A stretch of DNA of 64,000 nt from Myxococcota bacterium (GTDB taxonomy: Bacteria > Myxococcota_A > UBA9160 > SZUA-336): contig CBDFGR010000003.1 in the NCBI GenBank assembly GCA_965247115.1, positions 1,696,001 to 1,760,000 on the forward strand. Direction: 5' to 3'. Each line of letters opens with the position of its first letter. Within the stretch, counting starts at the first letter, position 1. Both the position numbers and the translations under genes were made by a program. Below are positions 19,415 to 28,713 of this stretch, piece after piece. The notes under the pieces were generated by a model. It worked only from the letters and a program-made list of their open reading frames with translations, did not search any database and was not told the origin of the DNA.

Positions 19415-20205
19415 ACAAGCTGCTAGTTGGATTGCTCAGCATCGCGATAGGCCTCGCCGTGGGGCTTGGTGCAAGTCGCGCCGCAGCACAGGCGGAGACG
19501 CCGCCAAGCGCCGAAGCCGCGACCGACGCGGATGCCGAGGAAGCTGAGGCGGAGGAGGGCGGCCGAACGCTGCGTGACTGGTACGAGCTCGGTGGCTGGA
19601 TCATGCACGTTCTCGTCGCGACCTCGATGCTGGTCTTCTATCTGGTGTTGGAGCGTACGTGGGCGCTTCGGTCGACGGCGGTCATGCCGCGCAAGTTTCT
19701 TGGCCAGATCAACGACCACTCGCGTCAGAGCGAGCTCGGCAAGGTGCTCGAGATCTGCTCGGAGACGGACAACGCGATCGCTCGCGTACTGCGCGCGGGC
19801 CTGATCCACTTCGACCAGGGCCTGGCTCCCATGGAGGATGCGGTCGAGACCGCCGGCACGCACGAGGCGACGGTCCTGCGCCGCAACCTGCCGCTCCTGG
19901 CCGCCATCGGAAACATGGCCACCATGATGGGACTGCTGGGAACGGTCCTCGGCATGATCAACTCCTTCGACCTGATTGCCACGACAGGCACCGGCGACGC
20001 TCGCGTGGTCGCGGGCGGTATCTTCCAGGCGCTCGTAACCACGGCCGCCGGACTCATGGTCGGCCTGATCGCGATCGGCTTCCACTCGTTCCTGCGACGC
20101 CGAGTCGAGGTGATGGAGATCGATCTCGAAGAGAAGTCTTTCCGGCTGCTGGAGGACCTGTGGGTCGGGCGTCAGGCTGGCCCCGAGCCGGTGACGGATG
20201 GCTAG
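19411..20205 (+). CDS. exbB: MotA/TolQ/ExbB proton channel protein
   Basis: ATMMGLLGTVLGMI and ALVTTAAGL; N-terminal signal-like extension. Confidence 0.88.
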   Translation: MNKLLVGLLSIAIGLAVGLGASRAAAQAETPPSAEAATDADAEEAEAEEGGRTLRDWYELGGWIMHVLVATSMLVFYLVLERTWALRSTAVMPRKFLGQINDHSRQSELGKVLEICSETDNAIARVLRAGLIHFDQGLAPMEDAVETAGTHEATVLRRNLPLLAAIGNMATMMGLLGTVLGMINSFDLIATTGTGDARVVAGGIFQALVTTAAGLMVGLIAIGFHSFLRRRVEVMEIDLEEKSFRLLEDLWVGRQAGPEPVTDG

Positions 20206-20208
20206 TCG

Positions 20209-20610
20209 GTGGCGCGCGCGCCGAAAGACGAAGAAGTAACTCTCAGCATGACGCCGCTCATCGACGTCGTGCTACTCCTGCTGATCTTCTACGTGGTGAC
20301 CACCGCCTTCGTCGATCGGGAGATCCAGCTCGAGCTCCCTGAATCGGATGCCTCGGCCATTCCGGAGGACAAGAAGAAGTTCACGGTCGAGATCGGTCAG
20401 AATGGCTCGATTGCCCTGAACGGCAAGTCCATGACGATCGAGCTGCTCGATCGCACCATCGAGGTTGCGGCGGCAGCCGATGACATCCAGTCCGTCGAAA
20501 TCCGCGCCGACCGCAACGTAATCCACGGCCGCGTAGTCCAGGTCCTCGGCGTCGTAAAGAAACACGGCGTGGAGAGCATCGGCATCGCGGTAAAACAAGC
20601 CCAATCGTGA
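20209..20610 (+). CDS. exbD: ExbD/TolR protein
   Basis: MTPLIDVVLLLLIFY with the conserved Asp; IRADRNV. Confidence 0.9.
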   Translation: MARAPKDEEVTLSMTPLIDVVLLLLIFYVVTTAFVDREIQLELPESDASAIPEDKKKFTVEIGQNGSIALNGKSMTIELLDRTIEVAAAADDIQSVEIRADRNVIHGRVVQVLGVVKKHGVESIGIAVKQAQS

Positions 20611-20657
20611 GCTAGAGCGGTCGACGCGCGGCAAATCCCCGCCTCGCACGCCGGAGA

Positions 20658-20759
20658 AGGTCGGGAACGTCCCCCGGAGGACTCCGCTCCTTGCGTGCAC
20701 AGGAGCCGTGCTCACCTCGGGCACCACTACCACAGTCCTCCGGGGGACGTTCCCGACCT
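20658..20759. repeat. Perfect 26-bp inverted repeat enclosing two small hairpins
   Basis: AGGTCGGGAACGTCCCCCGGAGGACT (20658-20683) pairs with 20734-20759. Confidence 0.9.
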
Positions 20760-20775
20760 CCTCCTCCTCGCCGAA

Positions 20776-20879
20776 TGGGCAACCCTGCAAAGCGCCGCGA
20801 ATGCGGCGCGCGCAGCGAAGGCCCCGGGCCTGAGCGGAGGTGGGTGGCGCGCGACCGCTCGCGCGCCGGGTCCCACAAG
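20776..20879 (-). repeat. REP-like element A
   Basis: Reverse complement of CTTGTGGGACCCGG...GCTCAGGCCCGGGGCCTTCGCTGCGCGCG. Confidence 0.9.
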
Positions 20880-20883
20880 GCTC

Positions 20884-22236
20884 TTAGAAGCCGGCGGCTA
20901 CCGGGTTTAGGATCTGCTTGCGGACTAGCTTGCCGTCGCTGTAGTGCGAGGTGACGTCCACGTCGCCGTCCGCGTTGAGGTCCTCTTCTTTCCGTACGAG
21001 GAGGACGTGCGCCGGGTCGGAGCCTTCGTAGAACTCCCAGACGTCCGTCTGGCCGTCCTCGTTGGTATCGAGCTCGGCGCGGATCGGGATCTCACGCTCG
21101 TCGTAGAAGGTCTTGAAGTCCATGCCTCCGTTGAAGTCGCGGTCCTCGAGCTCGAGCGCTCGGCGGCGCGCTGCGTACTCGACCCGGCGATCGATCACGC
21201 CGTCGTTGTTCGTGTCGTGCTCCTCGTAAGCGAGCGTCCCGTTCTCGTAGATGTAGAAGCCGTCCCGGACCCCATCGAAGTCTCGATCCACCTCGACTCG
21301 GCCCCCGACCTCCTGGCCGTATTCCGTCCAGCGATCAGCCACGCCGTCGTGGTTCGTGTCTTCCTCGAGGCCCGCGATCTCCCCGGTCTCGTCGTAGACC
21401 GTCGTGGAGTCGAGGGCTCCGTCGTAGTTCGTGTCTTCGGAACGGGTCAGGAGCTGTCCGGTCTGTCCGTCCATGGCGATCACGATCTCGGGCCGACCAT
21501 CCCGATCTGCGTCCAGAGTCTTGGCGATGCGCGACCCATTGCCCTCGCCGCGCACCTCGGTGTCGAAGATGCTGTCCGGGATCTTCCGCGCCGCAGCCGC
21601 CTGGGGAGCGCTCAACGGATCCGAGTCCCGCTCGGAGGCGGCCAGCGCCTCCTCTTCATCGCGCAGGACCTCGTTGAGCTCCTCCTGGCGGGAGATGGAT
21701 TCGAGGAGCTCCTCCTGACGCCGCAGCTCCTCCTCGATCTCCGACTCGAGCGCGCGCTGGCGTTCGAGCTCATCCTCGACCTCGGCCTCGAGCGCATCGT
21801 CCACGCCGCCTCCACGGCGTCCGCGCGGTCCGTTGCCCCGGCCACTCTCGAACGGCACCTCCCCCGTGACGAGTCCGTACAGGCCGAACACGGCTGCGCC
21901 GACCGCGGCGCCGGTGGCTCCTCCGAGCTGGCCGCCGATGACGGTGCCGACGATCATCCCCTCGACGCCGCTCTCCGCGTGCTTCTGGACCTTGGACGGT
22001 CCACGCTGCGCCTGCTTCGTGCTGGGGTCTTGGGGAATGTCCGCTCCAGGAGCGCCCGTTCCGGGAGCGCCCGCTCCGACGTCACCAGCGACCTCGCCAG
22101 CGTCACCAGCGATGTCCCCAGCAGGGTCTTGAGCACCAGGATCTGCGGGGTTGGGTCCGGAGGTTGCGCAGGCGAGGCCAAGCGCCAGCAGGGCGATGAG
22201 AGGTAGCCTGACGCTCTTTCGGATGGCGGTTCTCAT
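20884..22236 (-). CDS. Lipoprotein with Gly-zipper, acidic coiled coil and C-terminal DxD/NxDG repeats
   Basis: Lipobox LGLAC; GGATGAAVG zipper; about 8 repeats such as DTNYDGALD, DRDFDGVRD, DLNADGDVD. Confidence 0.85.
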   Translation of the reverse strand: MRTAIRKSVRLPLIALLALGLACATSGPNPADPGAQDPAGDIAGDAGEVAGDVGAGAPGTGAPGADIPQDPSTKQAQRGPSKVQKHAESGVEGMIVGTVIGGQLGGATGAAVGAAVFGLYGLVTGEVPFESGRGNGPRGRRGGGVDDALEAEVEDELERQRALESEIEEELRRQEELLESISRQEELNEVLRDEEEALAASERDSDPLSAPQAAAARKIPDSIFDTEVRGEGNGSRIAKTLDADRDGRPEIVIAMDGQTGQLLTRSEDTNYDGALDSTTVYDETGEIAGLEEDTNHDGVADRWTEYGQEVGGRVEVDRDFDGVRDGFYIYENGTLAYEEHDTNNDGVIDRRVEYAARRRALELEDRDFNGGMDFKTFYDEREIPIRAELDTNEDGQTDVWEFYEGSDPAHVLLVRKEEDLNADGDVDVTSHYSDGKLVRKQILNPVAAGF

Positions 22237-22259
22237 GCTCGCTCTCTCGTCATCCCTGC

Positions 22260-25200
22260 CTAGTCCACTAGGGTACCATGCGAGGCAAGCCGCGCCCGCC
22301 TGGCGCCGGTCCAGAACTCGCTGAAATCGCTGCAGAGGATCCGGTCGAAGGCATCCAGCACCGGAAGCGCAGCCGTACCATTCAGGGGCACGACCTCCTC
22401 CGTGGCCAGATCGAAGCGGACGTCGATCTGGCCGTCGAAATCGCTGTCCTCATCCTGTGTCTCTGGCGCCCCGTTCGCGTAGTTCACCCAGACGTCCGGG
22501 ACGCGGTCCGCATTCGTGTCCGCATCGAAGCGGGTCTGGATGCCCTCATCGAACACCTGGCGCTGGTCGCCGTAGCCGTCGCTTGTCGTGTCTTCGACGC
22601 TCGTGACCACCAGACCGGATTCGTAGCGAACAGCGGTGCGCTGAGTGCAGCTGAACTCCGGGATCCCGCCTTGCGCGAAGCGCGTTAGGCGATCCGGGCG
22701 CCCGTTGCAGTTCCGGTCTTCCTCCTGCACCGTGATGCGCTCCCCATCCTCCGCAAAGTGGAACACGATGTTCGGCTTGGCGCAGCGCCCGCGGGCCTCG
22801 GCCTGTAGAGTCCTGCTTCCGTCGCCGTCGTAGTACTCCCAGACGTCGACGATCTCGTTTTTGTTGGTGTCGACTTCCAGACGTGTCAGCTGGCCACCCT
22901 GGAAGAAGCTCCACGTGTCGAACTTGCAGTTTCCATCGGTGTCGCGAATATCCTCCTTGAGTCCGCCACTTGGGTCGAACAGCTGCCGCTGGTCCCGACA
23001 GCCGTCCGCGTTCGTGTCCTCCTCCAGCTCGCTGATGACTCCAGCGCTGAAGCGCGTTACTCGGCTCGGCTCCCCGTCCGCCTCCGGATCTTCGGTCTGC
23101 AGAGCTGGGCGACCTTCCTCGTCGTAGCGCACGACGAGGTCCGGGTAGCCGTCGCTGCTGGTGTCCTCCCGCTTGCGGCTCACGGCCCCACTGCTTGTCA
23201 GGTCCAACCACTGGTCGACCTCGCCGTTTCCGTCGGTGTCGAGCTCCTGGGAGACCTCGATGCCGTTCTGGAGGAAGACCGTGGCATCCAGGTTGCCGTC
23301 CAGGTCGGTGTCCTGCTCGATGCGGAAGGGATCCGTCTGGTCCTTTGCGAAGTAGGCGATCCGGTCGATGTGCGCGTTCGCGTCCGTGTCGCTCTCGATG
23401 CGCACGAGTGAGCCCTTCTCGTAGAACGACGTGGTCTCGAAGCTGTCGTTGCCGTCCAGATCCGACTGCTGCCGGACGAGCACTCCGTCGTCGAAGACGG
23501 AGACCGTGTCCACGCGGCCGTCGCGGTCGGTGTCCTCTCGCTGCGTGTCTCGGACACCCGCTGCAAGCTCCACCTCGGTGTCGAGCTTGCCGTCGAAATC
23601 GGTATCGGACTCCGTGCGGGCGACCTCGCCCTCCTCGTAGCGCGCGAAGTGGTCGTGAGTGCCGTCGAAGTTGCGGTCTTCGCGCTGCTCCGTCTGTACG
23701 CCCGCGGCGTACAGCTTGACCACGTCTGCCACGCTGTCGCCGTTGGTGTCGACTTCCTCCGAGGTCACCTCTCCACCCTCGCCGAAGACGAGCCACTGGT
23801 CCACGCGCCCGTCGCGGTCCACATCCTGCTCCTGGCGCGCGCTCACGCCGCCTTCGAAGAAGGTCACGACCTCGGCACGTCCGTCGGCGTCCTCGTCGCG
23901 CTCCTCCCGGACGCGTTGCTCGCCGGAGGCGTCGTAGAACACCTTCCCCTCAGCATGCCCGTCGCCGTCTGAGTCGAGCTCGACCACCTGCCGCTTTCCG
24001 TCCAGGTACGCGACGGACGCTTCGAAGACGCCGTCGAAATCCTCGTCTGTCCAGTCTCGGACGATCTGCCCCGCGTCGTCGTACTCTGCGCGGAAGTCGA
24101 TCTCCCCGTCGTGGTTGCGGTCCTCGGTAAGACCGACGATCTGGCTGCCGCTGAGCTTCGCAAAGCTGTCGGGCTGACCGTCCCCGTCCGAATCCGTCTC
24201 CTGGGCAACGCGCACTCCGTCTTCGAAGGTGGACCAGGAGTCGACACGGCCATCGCCGTCCAGATCCTCGAGCACGCGCTCGGGCTCACCGGTTTCCGGG
24301 TCGAGGGTGAGCCAGCGATCAGCACTACCGCTCCCCGAGGTATCGAGCTCCTGCTTCTCCAGCACGCCCGCGACGTAGAAGTTCCACAGGTCGACCCTGC
24401 CGTCGAAGTCATCGTCGATCTCCTGGCGGGCCAGCACGCCGTCCTCGAGAGACTCGAAGAAGTCGGGCGTACCGTCTGCGTTGCGATCGTCCTCCCGCCG
24501 CTCCGGTTTCCCCATGAAGAAGCGAATCCTCAGGTTGAGCTGACCGTCTCCGTTCGTGTCCTCGCGCTGCGCCAGCGTCAGCTCTTCGTCGAAGTCGTAC
24601 TCGACGTCGATCCGCCCGTCGAAATCCCGATCCTCTCGCTGCTGGGTCCGGAGGCCGTCCGTGAAGCTCACCCAGGTGTCGAAGTTCCCGTCCTCGTTCG
24701 TGTCGATCTGCCGGCTCGCGATCCCCCCGTCAACGAACTCCTCCACGGCTTCGGCTCGGCCGTCCTCGTCCATATCCACCGAGCGCTTCGCGATGACGTC
24801 GTTCTCGTAGAAGCGCAGCGTGTCGAAGCGGCCGTCGGCATCGGCGTCGACCTCTTCGCGAGCGCGCACCTCGTCGGGGCCGTAGTGCACGACGATCTCG
24901 ATCATCCCGTCACTGTCCGCGTCTCGTTGCTGGCGTGTGCGCTTGCCGGCCTCGAAGAACACCTGTGTCTCACGGGAGCCGTCGAGGTCGACGTCGATCT
25001 CCTCGCGCACGATGGCGTCTCCCTCGTAGTGGGCGATGCGCTCGTAGCTGCCATCGCCATCGCTGTCAGTCTCGGTCCGGACACGGACGCCACGCTCGTA
25101 GACGATCCGCAGGTCAAAGCGCCCATCCCCGGCCGTGTCCTGCTCTTCGAGCTGCTTCGAGCCGTCGGGCCCAAAGGAGGCGCGGCTCTCGGGGCGCCCG

Positions 25201-25694
25201 TTCTCGTTGTCGTCGACGATCAGACTGGCGACCCGGTCGTTCTCGTAGAAGGTCGTCTGGTTCGGTGTTCCGTTGCCGTCGGGATCTCTCTCGAGTCGAA
25301 CGCGGACGCCGCCTTCGAAGTACAGGACGGTGTCCCTGTTTCCGTCGTTGTCGGAGTCCTCGCGCTGGACCTGCAGCTCCTCGTCGTCGCCGAGCTCGAG
25401 CCACAGGTCGATGCGGCCGTCGCGATTCCGGTCCTCTTCCTGGCGGACCTTGTGCTCGCCCTCGAAGAACTGCCACAGGTCGACCTCACCATCGAAGTCC
25501 CGATCCTGCTCGATCCGGGCCGGTTTGCCCTCGAACAGGTGCTCCCACTGGTCGGTGCTTCCGTCGCCGTTCGTGTCCCGCTCGATCCGGATGGGCTGCT
25601 CGTTATCGTCGAAGAAGACGGATATCTGCGCGCCGCCAATCCGGGGGAACGTGAGCAGGCCGAGGATGGTGACGGCGGCGCCGAGCGGCTTCAT
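22260..25694 (-). CDS. Large exported protein (1144 aa) of about 40 tandem ~24-aa DxD/NxDG repeats
   Basis: Signal peptide ending GGA-Q; consensus roughly D-x-[DN]-x-D-G-x-x-D-x-W-x-x-[FY]-x-x-G-x-x-x-R-x-E-x. Confidence 0.88.
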   Translation of the reverse strand: MKPLGAAVTILGLLTFPRIGGAQISVFFDDNEQPIRIERDTNGDGSTDQWEHLFEGKPARIEQDRDFDGEVDLWQFFEGEHKVRQEEDRNRDGRIDLWLELGDDEELQVQREDSDNDGNRDTVLYFEGGVRVRLERDPDGNGTPNQTTFYENDRVASLIVDDNENGRPESRASFGPDGSKQLEEQDTAGDGRFDLRIVYERGVRVRTETDSDGDGSYERIAHYEGDAIVREEIDVDLDGSRETQVFFEAGKRTRQQRDADSDGMIEIVVHYGPDEVRAREEVDADADGRFDTLRFYENDVIAKRSVDMDEDGRAEAVEEFVDGGIASRQIDTNEDGNFDTWVSFTDGLRTQQREDRDFDGRIDVEYDFDEELTLAQREDTNGDGQLNLRIRFFMGKPERREDDRNADGTPDFFESLEDGVLARQEIDDDFDGRVDLWNFYVAGVLEKQELDTSGSGSADRWLTLDPETGEPERVLEDLDGDGRVDSWSTFEDGVRVAQETDSDGDGQPDSFAKLSGSQIVGLTEDRNHDGEIDFRAEYDDAGQIVRDWTDEDFDGVFEASVAYLDGKRQVVELDSDGDGHAEGKVFYDASGEQRVREERDEDADGRAEVVTFFEGGVSARQEQDVDRDGRVDQWLVFGEGGEVTSEEVDTNGDSVADVVKLYAAGVQTEQREDRNFDGTHDHFARYEEGEVARTESDTDFDGKLDTEVELAAGVRDTQREDTDRDGRVDTVSVFDDGVLVRQQSDLDGNDSFETTSFYEKGSLVRIESDTDANAHIDRIAYFAKDQTDPFRIEQDTDLDGNLDATVFLQNGIEVSQELDTDGNGEVDQWLDLTSSGAVSRKREDTSSDGYPDLVVRYDEEGRPALQTEDPEADGEPSRVTRFSAGVISELEEDTNADGCRDQRQLFDPSGGLKEDIRDTDGNCKFDTWSFFQGGQLTRLEVDTNKNEIVDVWEYYDGDGSRTLQAEARGRCAKPNIVFHFAEDGERITVQEEDRNCNGRPDRLTRFAQGGIPEFSCTQRTAVRYESGLVVTSVEDTTSDGYGDQRQVFDEGIQTRFDADTNADRVPDVWVNYANGAPETQDEDSDFDGQIDVRFDLATEEVVPLNGTAALPVLDAFDRILCSDFSEFWTGARRARLASHGTLVD

Positions 25695-25708
25695 GGGGCG
25701 GAGAGTTC

Positions 25709-26755
25709 CTAGTTCGCTTGGACCCTGGTTGTGTTGAAGCTGGCGAGGATCGCTTTGTTGACGATGTACTGGATCTCTGGTGGCGGCGGCGGGAACGGAC
25801 TGGCGTGCCGGAAGGCCTGGACACAGGTCTCGCCGAGGCTCTTGTCGCTGGCGCTGGCGACGGACAAGCTGTGCGCTGATCCCCCCCGGTCGATGCGGAA
25901 GCGCAGTCGCACTTGTCCTCCTCCAACGCTCTGAGGGATGAGCCAGCGGCTGTACACCCTCTCTTCGATCATCTCCAGATACGCGAGACAGGCCGGGTCG
26001 GTTTCACAGCTCTTTTCGACGCCTCCGAGAAACCCGCGGTCGCCCACGCCCTCGAAAGCACGCGTGGAGGTGCCGGACTCGAGGTCGGCTACCCTGGCGC
26101 CCTCGATGTCCCCCTCGATCGCGCTTTGCGAGATCACTCCCCGGTTTACGACCGGCGCGTTGATGTCGGCTGCACGTGCGTTCGTGACGGGTCCGGCCGC
26201 CACGAGCTTCCGCGGTCCTGCGCTGGCTCGCGCTGCAGTCACCTGAGCGACCTTTCCGCTGACGTCCGACACCTGGGCAGGCTGGACACGGGCAGGCGTC
26301 CGGGCGAATGCGCTCACGGCTCTGGTCGCGACGGTGCGCTGCTCCACAGATTTCGGCACCTCGGTGAGCTTGGTTCGCTCGACCTGCACGCGCCGCGTCT
26401 GGTCCAGGACAGAGACCGGCTTCACCTGGACCACCTCGGGCTGGTTGATCTCCTTGAAGCGGCGCACGCTCGCATCGACACGACGCTGGGCCAGCACCTT
26501 GCGTCTCTGCTTTGGCGGCTCGGGCTCGGGCTGCTTCTCGTTGAGCATGCGCACGACGACGACCTCCTCCTCCTCCACGATGGAGCCGAGCAAGGCGTCC
26601 CAGAAGAAGAAGAGAAGACCCAGGTGAAGGGCGATCGACAGGGCGGCAAGACCTCGGTTGCTGCCGTGCTTGCTCGGCGCTAGTGGGTCGTACCTCGGCA
26701 GCGACGCGAGCTGCGCCTCGATCTTCGGACTGCCGTACGTGATGACCTGCTCCAT
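25709..26755 (-). CDS. TonB/TolA-like energy transducer
   Basis: TM with SxxxH (LSIALH), PEPEPPK linker, C-terminal TonB_2-like domain (RWLIP...FRIDRGG...ASPFPPPP). Confidence 0.82.
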   Translation of the reverse strand: MEQVITYGSPKIEAQLASLPRYDPLAPSKHGSNRGLAALSIALHLGLLFFFWDALLGSIVEEEEVVVVRMLNEKQPEPEPPKQRRKVLAQRRVDASVRRFKEINQPEVVQVKPVSVLDQTRRVQVERTKLTEVPKSVEQRTVATRAVSAFARTPARVQPAQVSDVSGKVAQVTAARASAGPRKLVAAGPVTNARAADINAPVVNRGVISQSAIEGDIEGARVADLESGTSTRAFEGVGDRGFLGGVEKSCETDPACLAYLEMIEERVYSRWLIPQSVGGGQVRLRFRIDRGGSAHSLSVASASDKSLGETCVQAFRHASPFPPPPPEIQYIVNKAILASFNTTRVQAN

Positions 26756-26866
26756 CAGACCCTTAGAGCCTCCCCGGACCCACTCTCTTCGGACGTGCCC
26801 GCAAAAACGACACTGCTTTGCAGCGGAGCGACGAACAGGTCGAGCGGCTGCGTCGGGGAGCCCTCA

Positions 26867-26896
26867 AAAATAGGCTCCAGGGAGCCGCCCTGTCAA
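26867..26896 (-). promoter_or_regulatory. Putative sigma70 promoter for the tonB-repeat operon
   Basis: TTGACA-18 nt-TATTTT; the spacer contains the palindrome GGCTCC-N2-GGAGCC. Confidence 0.5.
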
Positions 26897-27045
26897 CCGT
26901 CCTGTAGTTGGTAAGTACCCGTCTTTCCGTAACTTTTCTGGGCAGCTCTGGCGCAAGGCGTCTGGTTGCACGGCTCTTTTCGACCCCTGCTGTTGGCTGA
27001 CCAGGGTACCGCCGCGGCCAGGTCTGCGCCTGCGATGACGTTTGC

Positions 27046-27073
27046 TTGACAGACGTGACGCACCGCGTAAGTT
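27046..27073 (+). promoter_or_regulatory. Putative sigma70 promoter for the patatin gene
   Basis: TTGACA-16 nt-TAAGTT. Confidence 0.4.
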
Positions 27074-27265
27074 GAGCAGGCGTGAGATGGGCCGATCGGG
27101 AGGGCCGCCTGAGCGCCGCTCGCACCCCCTGGCGGGCTTGAGTCGCCCCAGCCCAGGACCGATCTCCTCTGGATGGCAATGCGCATTCGTTAACCGGCCG
27201 AGTCGGTTACCGATGCGCCGACCGAGTTCGCGGAGATGCGGTCCTGGTGCTCCGAAGGAGGCTGA

Positions 27266-28576
27266 GTGGGGCTCACGCTGATTCAGCGAAGCGAGGGCCG
27301 CCGGCTGCCCGCCCATCCCAAGATCGCGCTGGTTCTCGCTGGCGGCGCGGTGAGCGGGGGGGCCTTCAAGGTGGGTGGCCTGAAGGCGCTGGACGAGTTC
27401 CTCGTCAGTCACAAGGTGACCGAGCTCGACATCTATGTCGGCCTCTCGGCCGGGGCGTTCCTGGCGACCTCGCTCTCGGGCGGCATCACACCGGACGAGA
27501 TGATCGAGGCCCTGGAGGGGACCTCGGAGCGGGTCGAGCAGCTGCGGCCAATCGACTTTTACAGCCCCAACATCGGCGAGGCGCTCGGCCGCTCGGCGGT
27601 CTTCTCAGCGCGGCTGGCCGCCTACATCCCCGGTCTCGTTCTGGACCTCGTCTCCGTCTTGCCGGAGCTTCCAGCACGGCTCGGGCCCAGCCTGCAGCGC
27701 GTGATGCGTCAGCCGACCTACACCCACCTCGAGATCTTCCTGATGGAGCTGTTTCAGGAGGTGTCTCCCAAGCGCGAGTTCCCCTCGCTGGCGGCCCTGC
27801 TGCCGGCGGGGATCTTCGACAACGCGCCGCTCGAACGCTGGCTGGCCTCGAACATGGCCCGGGTCGGTATGGCGAACTCCTTTGCCCAGCACTACCGCGA
27901 GACCGGACGCCGCCTGCACATCTCCGCCATGGACCTGGACACCGCGGAGCGCGTCATCTTCGGGCCCGAGAACGATCAGGGCCTGAGCATCTCCGAGGCG
28001 GTTCAGGCCTCGAGCGCGCTACCGGGCTTCTTCAAGCCGGTGCGTCGCGGCGGTGTCGACTATGTGGATGGGGGCGTGCCGCGGACGGCGAACATCGACG
28101 TGGCAGTGGCGCAAGGGGCGGACCTGATCATCTGCTACAACCCCTTCCGGCCCTACCTCAACCGCACGCAGCGGGACGGCTCTACCAGCCGACACTTCTT
28201 GTCGAATCGGGGCTTCACGACGGTCATCAACCAGGTGTTCCGGACCCTGCTTCACAGCCGGCTGGCGCTCAGCCTGCAGACCTACCAGCACGATGCCAGG
28301 TTCCGAGGCGACATCGTGGTGATCGAGGCGAGTGAGACGGACGAGCAGTTCTTCGGGCTGAACCCGCTGACCTTCTGGAAGCGCTTCGACGCGGTGCAGC
28401 ATGGCCTCCACGCCGTGCGCAAGACCCTCCTCGATTCCGGCGATATCCTGAAGCCGATCTTCGAGCGGTACGGGGTGGAGTTCCGCATCCCTCCCGAGCT
28501 CAGAGAGCCCGCCCCGGCCGCGGACGTGGCCTCCCCTCGTCCCTCACTCCGCGTCGTGGAGAGCGCAGCGGGATGA
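27266..28576 (+). CDS. Patatin-like phospholipase
   Basis: LAGGAVSGG, GLSAG and YVDGG motifs. Confidence 0.92.
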   Translation: MGLTLIQRSEGRRLPAHPKIALVLAGGAVSGGAFKVGGLKALDEFLVSHKVTELDIYVGLSAGAFLATSLSGGITPDEMIEALEGTSERVEQLRPIDFYSPNIGEALGRSAVFSARLAAYIPGLVLDLVSVLPELPARLGPSLQRVMRQPTYTHLEIFLMELFQEVSPKREFPSLAALLPAGIFDNAPLERWLASNMARVGMANSFAQHYRETGRRLHISAMDLDTAERVIFGPENDQGLSISEAVQASSALPGFFKPVRRGGVDYVDGGVPRTANIDVAVAQGADLIICYNPFRPYLNRTQRDGSTSRHFLSNRGFTTVINQVFRTLLHSRLALSLQTYQHDARFRGDIVVIEASETDEQFFGLNPLTFWKRFDAVQHGLHAVRKTLLDSGDILKPIFERYGVEFRIPPELREPAPAADVASPRPSLRVVESAAG

Positions 28577-28713
28577 GGGCGGTTCGCGAAACATACTGAA
28601 CTTGAAGGACTTTCGGGAATAGCTTCGCCCCGCCAGTGTTGAGAGGACCGAGGGCACGTGCTAAGGTGGCCCGCACGAGGGCGCCTTTCGAAGACCGGCC
28701 ACCCTGCGCGACC

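Noticed and set aside
20612..20954. Similar short ORFs over intergenic repeats (also near 29.8, 43.8 and 54.6 kb)
   Set aside because: Their similarity comes from translating element A; they are not a protein family
24111..25712. Long antisense ORFs (also 4400-6295, 20944-22206, 37988-39517, 60629-62557)
   Set aside because: Shadow frames of real genes in high-GC DNA, with no motifs
27042..27281. 79-aa ORF upstream of patatin
   Set aside because: Arg/Pro/Gly-rich composition typical of non-coding frames; overlaps a promoter-like motif
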